A program made the translations under genes and the position numbers. The notes under the pieces were generated by a model. That model did no database searches. It was given only the letters and a program-made list of their open reading frames with translations, and was not told the DNA's origin. Positions 1 through 16,769 of a DNA stretch of 64,000 bases are shown here, piece by piece (the first letter of the stretch is position 1; every line of letters starts with the position of its first letter). The stretch is from assembly GCF_009914755.1 (NCBI RefSeq), contig NC_060943.1, one strand, 5' to 3'. This stretch comes from the human T2T-CHM13v2.0 reference genome, Homo sapiens.

Positions 1-158
1 AGGATATGTTGGATAAGGAAAAGCTGAGTCAGAAGTCAGGAACCCAGAAACTGTCCTTTTAAAATGAAGGGAAAATTGGGTCCGAGAGTAAATCAGGCCA
101 TGTGCAGTGGCGCAGGCCTGTAATCCCAACATTTTGAGAGGCCGAGGCGGGCAGATCA

Positions 159-576
<418 letters not shown>

Positions 577-696
577 TCAGAGCTTGTCTTCCAAAACTGG
601 AGTTTGGGCCTGAGGAGAAACTGAGTCACAGAAGCTGAGCTACCCACACAACATCCCCAAACTGGCTCTTCCCACCACAGGGATCCCCTCTCTGAC

Positions 697-825
697 CTTT
701 GTGTTCCCTGCGGCCTTTGCCGGTGACACGGGAGAAGTCCATCCGGGGGGTCCGGGGTGTGGAGGTGACAGAGGAGGGGGGTGCGTCCACTGCCTTGGAG
801 ATCTTGGACACGGAGGCAAAGAGAC
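697..825 (-). CDS. CLIP3: CLIP3 exon 9 (GLFASVSKISK...RREHK); gene continues beyond the window start
   Basis: AG acceptor at 827-826, GTCAGA donor at 696-691, phase 1/1; translation continues the CAP-Gly domain into a Ser/Thr/basic linker. Confidence 0.95.
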
Positions 826-969
826 CTAGGGGTACAGAATCCGAGCCTGGTGTTGTCCAAGCCTCTGCCCTCGGCCCCCATCCTCCATCCCCTATTTCCC
901 AGTCAGCAGCATCAGAACTGCCGAGTGGACACCCAGCCACACCCCTCTTGGGCCCGAGGTCGGACTAAC

Positions 970-1105
970 CCTGCTTGGGAGGGCAGATGAAGTACCGAAC
1001 GCCCCCAACGCTGCCATCGTTCTTGCCCTCAGGTTCGTCCAGCTCCACGCCCACCCACTGGCCGCTGGCAAACTCCGTGGTCCCACAGAACCGCAGTGTG
1101 CCCGT
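970..1105 (-). CDS. CLIP3: CLIP3 exon 8, first CAP-Gly domain core ([39 protein letters not shown])
   Basis: Canonical CAP-Gly GKNDG motif; AG at 1107-1106, GTTAGT donor; 136 nt, phase 0/1. Confidence 0.97.
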
Positions 1106-1332
1106 CTGGGGAGAGAAGGGAGGCGATGGCTAAGGAAGGAATGCTGGGAGGCCAACGTGGAGTGCCCACACACGGGCAGCAAGGTGGGTTGCATGAGGCC
1201 GCCCTGGGCCCAAACCCCAGGTCACACATCACCATTTGCTGGCTACATGACTTAACCTCTGTGTGCCTCAACTTCCTTTGCTGTGAAATGGGAACAGAAA
1301 TTATACTCACCTTATAGGATTGTTAAAGAGTT

Positions 1333-2580
<1,248 letters not shown>

Positions 2581-2671
2581 GTTATAGAGAAATTAAAGCC
2601 CTCAGAACAGGGCTTGGTATTAAGTAAAGGATCAGCAAGTATTCGTTATTGAAATTTTTTTTCTATTTTAG

Positions 2672-2821
<150 letters not shown>

Positions 2822-3274
2822 TAAAACAACAACAACAACAACAAACTTTTGTTAAAAATAGAAATGGAGTATCCCTATGTTGCCCAGGTTAGTTTCAAAC
2901 TCCTGGCCTCAAGCGATCCTCCCCATCTTGGCCTCCCAAAGTGCTGGGATTACAGGTGTGAAGCCACTGTGCTCAGCCTGTTAGCTATTATCATGCTGTA
3001 ACTTTGGTCAGGGGACTTATTGAGCCTCAGTTTCATCTGTAAAATAGAGATAGTAAGCCACCTCATGGAGTGATCATCTGGCGGAAACTTTTTTTTTTTT
3101 TAGACAGGGTCTCACTTTGTTGCCCATGCCAGGGGTGCAGTGGCACGACCCTGGCACAGTGCAGCCTCAAACTCCTGGGCACAAGTGATCCTCTCACTTC
3201 AGCCTCCCAAGTAGCTAGGACTACAGGTGTGCGCCACCATGCCTGATTAATTTTTTCATTATTAGTAGAGATGA

Positions 3275-3532
<258 letters not shown>

Positions 3533-4666
3533 TAACACATGTAAACTTGCTTAGCTGCAGTGAGACTTTAGTGAGTGTGGTTATTATCATTATGGGAGGC
3601 TCATTCACCTCTCCATGCCTCAGTTCCTGGTCCATATAATAGGCTAATTAATTAGTGCTGATCTTTTTTTATTTTTATTTATTTATTTTTTTTTGGAGAC
3701 GGAGTCTCACACTTTGGCCCAGGCTGGAGTGCAGTGGCATGATCTTGGCTCACTGCAAGCTCCGCCTCCTGGGTTCATGCCATTCTCCTGCCTCAGCCTC
3801 CTGAGTAGCTGGGACTACAGGCACCTGCCACCATGCCTGGCTAATTTTTTGTATTTTTTTTGTAGAGACGAGGTTTCACCGGGTTAGCCAGGATGGTCTC
3901 GATCTCCTGACCTCGTGATCCGCCCACCTCTGCCTCCCAAAGTGCTGGGATTACAGGCGTGAGGCACCGCGCCCCGACAATTAGTGCTGATCTTAAGAGT
4001 GTTGGTGGAGGGACTAGAACAGTGCCTGGCACACACAAAGAGCATTTAGTATGCGCTGGACTCTGTTCTAATGGCCTTACGCATTTTAATTAATTTAAAC
4101 CTCAACCAGCCCCCTAAGGTGGTTACTATTATTATCTCCATTTACGGATGAAGACATTGACACCCAAAGAGGCAGAATCACTGGCTCCAGGTCCACAGGT
4201 GGGAAGTTGCAAAGCTGAGATTTACCTGGGCAAGTCCCTGAGCCTGAGTTCATGACGCTGTGCTATGCTGCTTCTCTAAGGGGCAGTGATTAGTATTCCG
4301 TGTCTTCAGATAAAGGTTTTCACCTGTTGGAGCCTCTTATAGTCTGGCTTGTAAAATGGGAAGAGTCAACCCAACCTTCCTTCTGAATTGTGCAATGGAT
4401 ATGATTAGATCGTGCACAGCAGAATGCTTTCTGGATGGGGCCGGGCGCAGTGGCTTATGCCTGTAATCCCAGCACTTTGGGAGCCAAGGCGGGCGAATCG
4501 CTTGAGGGCAGGAGTTTGAGACCAGCCTGGCCAATATGGTGAAACCCGTTGCTACTAAAAATAAAAATAAAAGGCCAGGCGCGGTGGCTCACGCCTGTAA
4601 TCCCAGCACTTTGGGAGGCTGAGGCGGGCGGATCACGAGGTCAGGAGATCAAGACCATCCTGGCTA

Positions 4667-4924
<258 letters not shown>

Positions 4925-6194
4925 CTACGTGGGAGGCTAAGACATGAGAATAGCTTGAATCTGGGAGGTGGAGGTTGCTGTGAGCCAAGATCGTGCCACT
5001 GCACTCTGGCCTGGGTGACAGCAAGACCCTGTCTCAAAAACACAAAAACAAAATTCAAACTCCTTCCAGTAGCCTACAGGTCTGCTGTGACCCAGCCTTG
5101 CTGACCTCTCCACCTCACCGCCCTTCCCATAACTCCCCTCGTCAACACTGCCCCTTCCTGCCTCTGGGTCTCCATACCTACTGCATCCTCTGCTTCCTTA
5201 TCTTTGCAAAGGAAGTTCTTTCCTATCTCAGTTTGGACATCACCTCCTCAGAGAAGCCTTCTCAGAACACCCCAGCTAAAACCACTCCAGCATTCAGCCA
5301 GGGACAATTTACTAAATCCAAACATGTAATGGTGTTGACAGCCCTTGTTGCTACCAGAAATTACCTTTTTTTTTTTTTTTCAATAGAGGCAGGATCTCAC
5401 TATGTTGCCCAGGCTGGTCTCTAACAACTCCTGACCTCAAGTGATCCTCCCACCTCGGCCTCCCAAAATGCCGGGATTAGAGGTGTGAACTACCGTGCCC
5501 AGCCCAGAAATCATCTCAACCATAGGTTTACTTTCTTGACTGTCTCCCCTTCATTACAAGTGGAGCCCCATGACAGCAGGGCGGGGGCAGACACAGCCCT
5601 CCCTCCCTAAGGACAGACTGGGTCCCGTATGGAGCCCAAGGGACACCGGGAAATGAGTGAAATTGGAGTCCCTGGATAAATGAAGATTCTCTCTGCCCTC
5701 TCAGCTGTGATACCCGCTCCCCCAAGCTGAGACTCCTTTCTCCCTTTCTTTCCCTGGCTTGCTCCTCCACATCTGCAATTTGGGTACATTCCCCATCACA
5801 CCCCAATCACTCTGGCCTGGACTTGCCTAGCCAGACTTGTCTCTGAGAGCAGAGGGGCCTGATCGAGGACCACAAGACCCGGGGGGAGCCACAGGTGCAC
5901 AGAGCTGCGCAGATCACTCTGCTCACCCCTCCCCATGGCAGCCATGACCACTCTCGGCCGTCACTGTCAGATGACGGGTTGTTTCCCACCCTGGATGGAG
6001 AGCTCAGCACAGGGTGAGGCTCAAAGGAGACACCCACGGAACAACTGAGATAAAATCAAGTACTGGGTGGATAGTTAGGGCGGCAAGTAGACAAAGGGCA
6101 GGGACTGCACTCTGCCCGAGGACGCAGCTCCAAGGGATTAAGGGGCTGAGTCCCACCCCCACCCACCATGCAAACACACATCCCAGCCCCTGAC

Positions 6195-6431
6195 CTTCTG
6201 GCCATCCAGCAGCACGCGGTCTCCCAGGCGCAAGCCCAGTGCGCTAAGCATGAGATTGCCTGGGACGTTGTCATAGTTGGGTAGCGTGACCTTGGGGAGG
6301 GCGCAAGATAGTGGCACTGCCTCTTCCAGAAGCGTCCGCAGCTCCTTGGCCACCAGTGCCGCCTCTGCCTTGTCCAGGGACATGTCCATAGGATCTGGGA
6401 CCACCTCCGCCGGCACCTGTCCTTTTCGATT
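6195..6431 (-). CDS. CLIP3: CLIP3 exon 7 (NRKGQVPAEVVPDP...LLDGQK)
   Basis: Lies within ORF 6138..6479; AG/GT boundaries; 237 nt, phase 0/0. Confidence 0.96.
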
Positions 6432-6602
6432 CTGGGGGCCAATGGGAAAAGAAGGCAGGGACTCAGTGGCACAGGTCACACCCCCATGGAGGCCCTGCCC
6501 CTAGAGACCACCAGTCTGGGTGATGCAGGGGTAAGACTAGGTCATATCCTGGGCCAACCTGGGAATAAGAAGGGTCAGGGCAAGGCGGGGTAAGGTGGCT
6601 CA

Positions 6603-6953
<351 letters not shown>

Positions 6954-6956
6954 TCA

Positions 6957-7490
<534 letters not shown>

Positions 7491-7945
7491 TCAGGGGCAC
7501 AGGCCATGTTACCCCAACATACATGTGCCTGGACGGCTGCAGGGTAATTAGCATTGTGGATGGAGCCTGGTAATGCATAGGTCAGAGGTCAAAGATCATA
7601 TTGAGGGCTTAGGAGAGGACCAACCCTCTCATTCACAGAAGGCCTAGCCCAACTTTCCTCATGACCTTGAAATGCTGTTATGCACTGCCATGGGATAGGC
7701 TGGATGACCCTGGGCAGATCCCTTAATCTCTGCCTCAGTTTCCCCATTGTAAAACAAGGCTTATAATAGACTTCACCTGACATGTAATGAACACTAGGCA
7801 TATTTCAGCTGTTATTGCATTTGCTGAATGTACAGACGGCATTTGTAGTATTTGGGGAGTCACGGGAAACGCAGAGACCTGCTGGAGGGAAGTGGGGGAG
7901 GAAGGGAGCAGGAGGGTAACGGGTTCTGGGCAAGGGTGGCAGTAC

Positions 7946-8064
7946 CCTCAGCGCAGGGTTGGCGCCGTGCTCCAGCAAACATTTGGCGGCGCCCAGGCAC
8001 AGGCTGGAAGCAGCGATGTGCAGGGCTGAGCCGTGGTTGAAGTCACTGCACGTGGAGTTCACCA
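7946..8064 (-). CDS. CLIP3: CLIP3 exon 6, ankyrin repeat (GSALHIAASSLCLGAAKCLLEHGANP)
   Basis: Ankyrin consensus; AG at 8066-8065, GTACTG donor; 119 nt, phase 1/0. Confidence 0.96.
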
Positions 8065-8384
8065 CTGGAAGTGGGCAAGAGGAGGGGTTCCGGGTGAGCG
8101 CCTGTGGGACCCCAGCCCTCCTCCCACCTCGGGGCTCATCTCTTAACTTGCAGGTCCCAGAGCCTCCGACGCAGAGCCCCGCCCCCACCTCGGAGCCCCC
8201 CTCTCCCTTGGCAGCCCCGACCCTCCCTAGAGTGGTAGTCCCTGAGCCCCCTCTCCCACGCCTCCAACCTCCCGCTATCTCCTCAGATCACCGTCCTCCT
8301 TCCCCTCGCAGCCTGGCCTCACCTGGGTCTCCGCGTCCCTCACCCAGGTCCTTGCCCCCTCCCAGCCAGGGCTCTCCTCCTCAC

Positions 8385-8546
8385 CTCGCGGCCTCGCACC
8401 CTTCAGCAGCACACGCACGAGGTCGGGCACATCAAAATAGGCCGCGTAGTGAAGCGCGTTCATGTTGGTCCAGCGGCTGCGCAGCGTCACATCTGCGCCC
8501 AGCGCCAGCAGCTGCTGCGAGAGGCGCACGGCTGCCGCGGGGTCCC
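8385..8546 (-). CDS. CLIP3: CLIP3 exon 5, ankyrin repeats (DPAAAVRLSQQLLALGADV...NALHYAAY)
   Basis: Ankyrin motifs; AG at 8548-8547, GTGAGG donor; 162 nt, phase 1/1. Confidence 0.96.
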
Positions 8547-8750
8547 CTGCGCGATAGGCCGGGTCAGCTTGGAACCCCCATTCCAGAGCATGGGCCCAGT
8601 GCACGGGGAGGACCCTGGGCTTCAGGGACTATACTTTGGGATCCGAAGCTTCGGGTTCCAGATGGGGCCTGAGTTCTGGGTGGTTTTCAGCGTGTTGGGT
8701 CTGGGGGCCTAGGCTTTGGGGCTTATGACTTGGGGGTAGGGGGCCCTCAC

Positions 8751-8844
8751 CGACTCCGTGGGCCCCAGCTTTGCACGCATAGTGGAGCAGTGTCATGTCG
8801 GTCAGCCCGTCACGATCGTTCACATGGCAGCCTCGGCGCAGAAT
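8751..8844 (-). CDS. CLIP3: CLIP3 exon 4 (ILRRGCHVNDRDGLTDMTLLHYACKAGAHGV)
   Basis: Ankyrin TLLHYAC motif; AG/GT boundaries; 94 nt, phase 0/1. Confidence 0.96.
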
Positions 8845-8930
8845 CTGTGAGTACCAGGGGAGCAGGGAGGGTCACCCACACATGTGGGGAACCGCATCCC
8901 CTCTCCCCCTGGTTTCCCCAGTGTTCTCAC

Positions 8931-9070
8931 CTCATTGCCGATGACGTCTATCTTGTGCTGGACTTGGGGCACCCACTGGCGCACAATGGCAAACAGCTCG
9001 GGGATGGTGGTCTGAGGGTCAAACAGGATCTCCTGGCACGCCGGGTCATTGGGATCGAAGAAGGTGAAAG
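8931..9070 (-). CDS. CLIP3: CLIP3 exon 3 (AFTFFDPNDPACQEILFDP...VIGNE)
   Basis: AG at 9072-9071, GTGAGA donor; 140 nt, phase 1/0; joins exons 2 and 4 in frame. Confidence 0.95.
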
Positions 9071-9916
9071 CTGGGGTGGCAAGAGGTCCAAGGTCACCCC
9101 ACGCAACTGACCCCCTCCTTCCAGCCTCAGTAGGGGAGCTGTAGGTCTTTGCCTTTTAGAGCCTCTAATGCAGGGTCTCAAGCTGGTGGCACATGGGCCA
9201 CAGTCAACCCACAGGCATTTTCTGTGTGGCCAGCATGAGGTTTCAAACTCAGGTGGGTTCACATAAAAATCTCGATGCCCAGTGTGTCTTGAAAAGTTGG
9301 AAGATCAGGCAATTCCCATATAGCAGCAAACTCCACCCCCTGAAACAAAAGCCTGACAGAGAGTGCAGTACCTTGGAGTCTGCATGTCCAGGGGGACTGC
9401 TACTGACCTCACCCACTGTTGCCCTGTGAGAGTATGAGTGAAGTTTGGCTGAATCTCCAGAGCAAAAATAAATAAAGCCAGAAGTCCTGGTTTTTAATAA
9501 AACTCTCTCAATTGTTTCAAATACCATGCAGTCCACATCAAATGTATCCATGACTGGGCACAGTGGTTCACATCTGTAATCCCAATGCGTTGGGAGGCTG
9601 AGGCAGGAGGATTGCTTGAGCCCATAAGTTCAAGACCAGCCTGGGCAACATAGCAAGACCCCTGTCTTTACAAAAAGTTTTAAAATTAGCCAGGTGTGGT
9701 GGTGCGCATTGGAGCTACTCAAGGAGATTGAGACAGGAGGATTGCTTGAGCCCAGGAGTTCAAGGCTGCAGTGAGCCATGATTGTGCCACTACACGCCAG
9801 CCTGGGCAACAGAGCAAGACCCTGACTCTGGAAATATAAAAAATAAAAATAGAGGCTGTGCGCGGTGGCTCACGCCTGTAATCCCAGCACTTTTGGAGGC
9901 CGGGGCGGGCGGATCA

Positions 9917-10198
<282 letters not shown>

Positions 10199-10792
10199 TC
10201 AACCTGTGCCCAGCCAGGGTGGTGCCTAGAGGCACTTCTGTCTCTTCCCACTCGACTCTAAGGAGTACTGCTCTCTGTGACGTCAGCACCCAGCACAGGG
10301 CCCTGGCACGTGGCAGGAACTCAGTGCGTGGTGAATGAACGACTACATGAATGATCAGATTATACACAGCCCAGGGAAGTGCCACATAGAAGGTGTCTCC
10401 AGGAATCAGCCGGCATGCTCCTTTTAGAACTGCAGTCACATCATAGCCCTTCTTGGCTTAGAACCCTCCTCCAGCTCCCAACCCATCCAGAGTACAGACC
10501 AAAGTCTTCCCCACGGCCCTCAGGGCTCTGCACATCCAGCCCCTCAGTTCTCAGCCCTCTCCCCTCACTTATTCCCCTTCCCTCATTTCCCACACTGGGC
10601 TCCCTCTGTCCCTCCCACGTGCCAAGCAAATTCTTGTCTCAGGGTCTTGGCACTTGCTGTTTTTCTCACTCAGGATAGACTTCCCACACATCTTCACAAA
10701 GCTTTATAAATCTTTGCTCAAATGTCATCTCCTCAGAGAGGCCTTCCCAAACCACACTGTCTAAATCGGCACCCGCCCTTCTCCATCTCCTA

Positions 10793-10826
<34 letters not shown>

Positions 10827-11011
10827 GATAGGGTCTTGGCTGGGCATGGTGGCTCACGCCTGGAATCCCAGCACTTTGGGAGGCCAAGGCTGGCAGATCA
10901 TGAGGTCAGCAGTTCGAGACCAGCCTGACCAACATGGTGAAACTCCATCTCTACTAAAAATACAAAAATTAACTGGGCGTGGTGGTGAGTGCCTGTAATC
11001 CCAGCTACTCA

Positions 11012-11182
<171 letters not shown>

Positions 11183-11216
11183 TCAAGTGATCCTCCTGCT
11201 TCAGCCTCCCTGGTAG

Positions 11217-11426
<210 letters not shown>

Positions 11427-13990
11427 TGACATGTTTACTCCTCTTTCTCCCTCCTTCATTTCCTCTCTTCTTCCCTCACTAGGATCTAAATGCTATGATT
11501 CTATTCTGCCTCATTCACTCCTTTATCCCCAAGGCCAGGCACAGCACATGGCACACAGTAGGTGCTCAGTCAATCTCTGTTGAATTAATGTACAAATTTA
11601 ACAGATACATGATTTCCTCTTGGAGTCCACCTTAGCCTTCTCCCTGTCCTCGACCACATTTCCAGATTTCTTCACATTCTGGGACAAAACCTCTCCCGCT
11701 CTACAAGCAAGACTGCTTGGAGGGCTCAGCCTATACCCTCCGACCTCCCACTGAGTCAGAGGCCCCAGCCACCTCCAGCTGCATTTCCAAAGGAGATTTT
11801 CCAGTTTTCTGAGGTACAGCACCCCCCCGACCTCAGGCCCCAGATAACTTCCTTTTACTTTTTTCTTTTTTTGAGACAGGGTCTCACTGTGTCACCCAAG
11901 CTGGAGTGCAGTGGTGCAATCCTAGCTTACTGCAGCATCGAATTCTCAGGCTCAAGTGATCCTCCCACCTCAGCCTCTGGAGTAGCTGGGACTACAGGTA
12001 CCCACCATGCCTGGCTAATTTCTAAATTTTCTGTACAGATGGGGTCTTGCTCCATTGCCCAGGCTGATCTCGAACTCCTGGCCTCAAGCAATCCTCCCAC
12101 CTTGGCCTCCTAGAGTGCTAGGATTATAAGCCAGAACCACTGTGCCTAGCCAACTTTCTTATTTTTCTATTAGACTGAAGTCAACTTGTAGTCTCCCTGA
12201 TCTACCTCTAGTGGGTGACATGTCCATGGATGCCATCTGTCTTGCTCTATCCTGGCAACGCTGACTCTCTGAACCTGGTTTCTGAACCTCACAGCTGCCG
12301 GGGATTCCCAGCCTGCATATCTTCCAAATTCCCCTCCTACATCCAACTCTGGCTGCACTCCATCCCCTTCTACCCAGTACCCAGAGGGAGCTTTCAAACT
12401 ACAAATCAGACCTGCCACTCCTCTGCTCTTAAACACCCTCCCCTTGCCACTCTTCTCCCCTGTCCCACTTAGAATATAACCAAAGTCCTCACTGTAGCCT
12501 TGAAGGCCCTTCCAGATCTGGCCTATGCCAACCTCTCACCTCAACCTCGATCATTCCCTGAATGCAGCTCCAGGATCTTTCTGTTCCAAGTTCAATTCTG
12601 CCTCAGGGCCTTTGCACTTGCTGCTGTCTGCCTGGAACACTCTTTTTCCAGCTCTCTTATGGCTGATTCCTCCCCATGCTCTGGGTCCCAAACTAAATGT
12701 TACCTACTCAGAAAGACCAGCCCTGACTACCCCTGCAGGTAGCTGCCCCCTAGTCATTATCGTATCTCCACCTTTAATTTCTTTTTCTTTTTTCTTTTTT
12801 TCTTTTCTTTTTTTTTTTTTTTCTTTTTTTTTTTTTTTTTGAGACAGTCTTACTCTGTCACTCAGGCTGGAGTGTAGTGGCTCGATCTTGGGCAACCTCT
12901 GCCTCCCAGGTTCAAGCGATTCTACTGCCTCAGCCTCCCGAGTGGCTGGGATTACAGACATATGCCACTATACCCAGCCAATTTTTGTATTTTTAGTAGA
13001 GATGGGGTTTCACCATGTTGGCCATGGCTGGTCTCAAACTCCTGACCTCAGGTGATCCGCTGGCCTCAGCCTCCCAAAGTGCTGGGATTACAGGCGTGAG
13101 ACACCATGCCCAGCCCACCTTTTCTTTCTTTCATAGCACTTGCTCCAATCTGAATTTATCTGATTTCTGATTTATTTATCTGTTCACTTGTTTAGTCTCT
13201 CCTTCTCTCCTGCAAGGGAGGATCATGCCTGGATCACTTAGGATTAAATCTCCGGCACCCAGCATAAGGCTTGTCACAGAGTAGCAGCACTCGATAAATA
13301 TCGCTCGGTCAATGATTAGACACTTTCAGTTTCTCCAAGAGGCCGCCCTCTCAGCTCCATACCCTCCTACCTCAGATCCTTTACCCAGCGGTTACCTCTC
13401 CTGGGAGCCCTTTCCCCTGACCCTTCTCTTAGTTAACCCCAACTCACCCTCCAGTCTTCTCAACTGTAACCTCCTCAGGGAAACAATGTCTTAAAAAACT
13501 CTTGCAGCAGCTTGTTTATGGTAAATACAATTTTCATAATGTCTTGTAATTACATATTTATATTACATTATATTTTTCTTTCTTGCATATAAACCTAAAT
13601 GTGAAAAATTACATTATGGTTTAATACCTATTTGTGTGGCTGTTACTGAGGCCTGTGAGTTGTCTCAGGGCAAAGACTGGGTCTCTCTTGCCCCCTGCTG
13701 TGGCCCCAGCCCCTAGCATAAAGCCAGGTCCACAGCCGCTTTCAAAAAATGATTGTTGAATGACTAAATGATGGAATGATGTGTCATGAGTCAAAGACTA
13801 GGAGTATTACAATTCCATTCTCCAATGGGTGAATGAATGAATTAACGAGGGGTGCTCTGCAGCCAAGATTCCTCTGGACCACCTTCAAATTCCCCAGAAT
13901 TCTCCCACCATCACCACCAGCAGAGCACAGCCCACCCTCCCCGGCCACCCAACGCTCCAGGCCAGATTCCAGGGTGGGGACAGTGGTTAC

Positions 13991-14156
13991 CGTAGTCCTT
14001 AGGGAGGGGGGCAGGTGCCGAGGGGTGCACAACAGGCTTCTGCCGGCGCTCCTGGGTGGGGCTGGGGGCCTCGGGGACGGGTTCATCCTCCTCCTCCTCT
14101 TCTTCCTCCTCTCCTCGGGGTGGCGGGGCCATCGGGGCAGGATCTGTCTTAGTCAT
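13991..14156 (-). CDS. CLIP3: CLIP3 exon 2 coding part with start codon (MTKTDPAPMAPPPRGEEEEEEEEDEP...PKDY); exon acceptor at 14214 gives 58 nt of UTR
   Basis: ACCATGA start at 14156; poly-Glu tract; GTAACC donor at 13990; CTGAC branch point, pyrimidine tract and CAG before 14214. Confidence 0.96.
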
Positions 14157-14522
14157 GGTCCTCGGTGGCCCTCGGGGGGCGGGTGCAGAGTTGGGGGCAG
14201 CCTTCAGGCAAATCCTGGAGGCAGAGGTCAGCTGGAGAGGGTGCCCGGCAGGCTCCAGGGTCCAAGCCCCTAGGAGCTTCCAGGGCCCCGGGTGGCCTCC
14301 GCGCAACTGGATCTTGGGCAACCATAGGGACCCCCGTTACCCATAGAGGGCCCCGGTGTGTGCGCCCAGCGCCTGCCACCTCCCCCAGGCCCAGCCCCCC
14401 ATTCTTCTCCTCCCGCGTCAGGCCCCTCAGTCGCGGCTGCCCCCTCCCCGGGTTTGTTTATCTCGGGATTCAGGATGCTTCGCCCCTCCCCTTCTCCGCG
14501 GGCCGCCCCCTCCCCATCTTAC

Positions 14523-14700
14523 CTCGGGCAGACAGCGCTGGGGACCAAAGTGGAGACTGGGGAGACTGTGGGAGCAATGGGGTGTCGGTGTCAGGGGACG
14601 TGATGGGGGAGGCAAGGGAGACAGAGAGAAGGGGACGAGGCCCAGACGCCGACAGGGGGTGGGGGCGGAGAGGGAGGGGCGCGACTGCGCATGCGCCTGC
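14523..14700 (-). other. CLIP3: CLIP3 non-coding exon 1 (5' end approximate)
   Basis: Strong donor GAG|GTAAGA at 14523/14522 inside a CpG-rich region; TSS inferred, not visible in sequence. Confidence 0.7.
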
Positions 14701-14760
14701 TGCCCCCCTACCGGCGGCGGGGGAGGAGGGACCAGGAGGAGGGACCGGGAGGCGCTCGCA
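14655..14760. promoter_or_regulatory. CLIP3 CpG-rich promoter with an NRF1 palindrome (TGCGCATGCGC, 14686-14696), GC boxes and a G-quadruplex-forming run (14655-14679)
   Basis: Motifs read directly; GGGGG-T-GGGGG-CGGAGA-GGG-A-GGGG on the + strand. Confidence 0.7.
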
Positions 14761-15229
14761 TTGATGGAGGGGCCAGAGGCGGCGACTGAAAGGGGAGAGC
14801 CTCCGGGCACTGGGAGAGGAAGAGATGGCTACGGAAAGGAGCGAGATGAGCAGATACAACGGCAAAAGAGAGGGCTGAGAGAGCGGACACAGATCTTCTC
14901 CATCCCCTTCCCCCACGCCTGCAAACCAGGCCGGTGAGGGCAGTGGTCTTGGGGCGTGGTGACGATGGGGACCCTCTAGGGGACCCTCTCTCTAGGACCC
15001 TAGACCGGACCCCTTCTCCAAGCTCACCATTCATAATGGGTGCCTCAGAGGGGTGATTTCCTAGAGACTCCTATCATGATCATCTCATCCTTACCATCAT
15101 AATGCGAGGCTCACACACTGGGGCCCAGAGGTTAAGCAGCTTGCCCAAAAGTACATGAGTAGGTGATGGAGCGAACATTTGAAACCAGACAGTCTGTAAA
15201 GTCTGATTTTTATTTTTATTATTTCCTAG

Positions 15230-15382
<153 letters not shown>

Positions 15383-15978
15383 TGAGACAGGGTTTTGCCA
15401 TGTTGCCCAGGCTGGTCTTGAACTCCTGACCTCAAGGGATCCTCCTGCCCCTGCCACCCAAAGCGCTGAGATTACAGGCACGAGTCACCATGCCCAGCTT
15501 TGATTCTTAATCACCATGCTACATGCCTGTAGCAGTGTCTGGGAAACAGATCTGCCGATTGACCCCTCCAACTCTCTCAGAACCTGTATCTTCCCCACGG
15601 AGGCCTCCTGAAGCCAGCCCAGGGTCCTGGCTCCATTGTCATGGCTTGGCTTCCCACCTGGAGCTGTAGCCTGCTCTGCCTCAAATCATCCCAGCCTGGA
15701 TGGGGCTGGGTGACAGCCTTGAACACCTCATCCTTCTAATGCACAGGTCCAGTAGCTCCATCTCCAAAAGATTTCCAGGATCTCACTCTCCCCACCGCTA
15801 CCCTGGGCCCTCATCTTGGTCCATCCTTCTTCTTCTGCCACCAGCACTACGGCAGCAGCCTCTTACCTGCTGTCCCCGTCCTCCTCCAACATGCAGCCAC
15901 AGGGACCCATGAACACCTGTCACTTTGGAGCCCTCTTTCCCTCAGAGGGGTCTGCCTGCTGCACCTCACTCCAGGTAG

Positions 15979-16542
<564 letters not shown>

Positions 16543-16769
16543 TAAAACTGCACCCCTTCCTCCCTTCCCTACTATGGTTTTCTCCATAGCAACACCGCCT
16601 CCCAGACCTGACACATCCCAGACAGCAGGCCCTCACTGCAGGGGTTGTTCGTCCTCTGGAACCTGAGCCTGTAGCGCTCCAGGCCAGCCCCTTCTGATCA
16701 CCCAGGTTTCTGCTAAAACATGGCCTTGGAGGGCCCTCCCCCAGGCCCAAACCAAATTTTTGTTGTCTT

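Noticed and set aside
7959-8672. 237-aa + strand Pro-rich ORF
   Set aside because: Starts at a non-ATG codon, lies antisense to CLIP3 exons 5-6, and is explained by GC content
14527-14545. RE1 right-half-like AGACAGCGCT in CLIP3 exon 1
   Set aside because: The left half TCAGCACC is absent
14165-14937. Overlapping 199-aa and 193-aa ORFs at the CLIP3 promoter
   Set aside because: Typical CpG-island open frames with non-ATG starts and no recognisable domain
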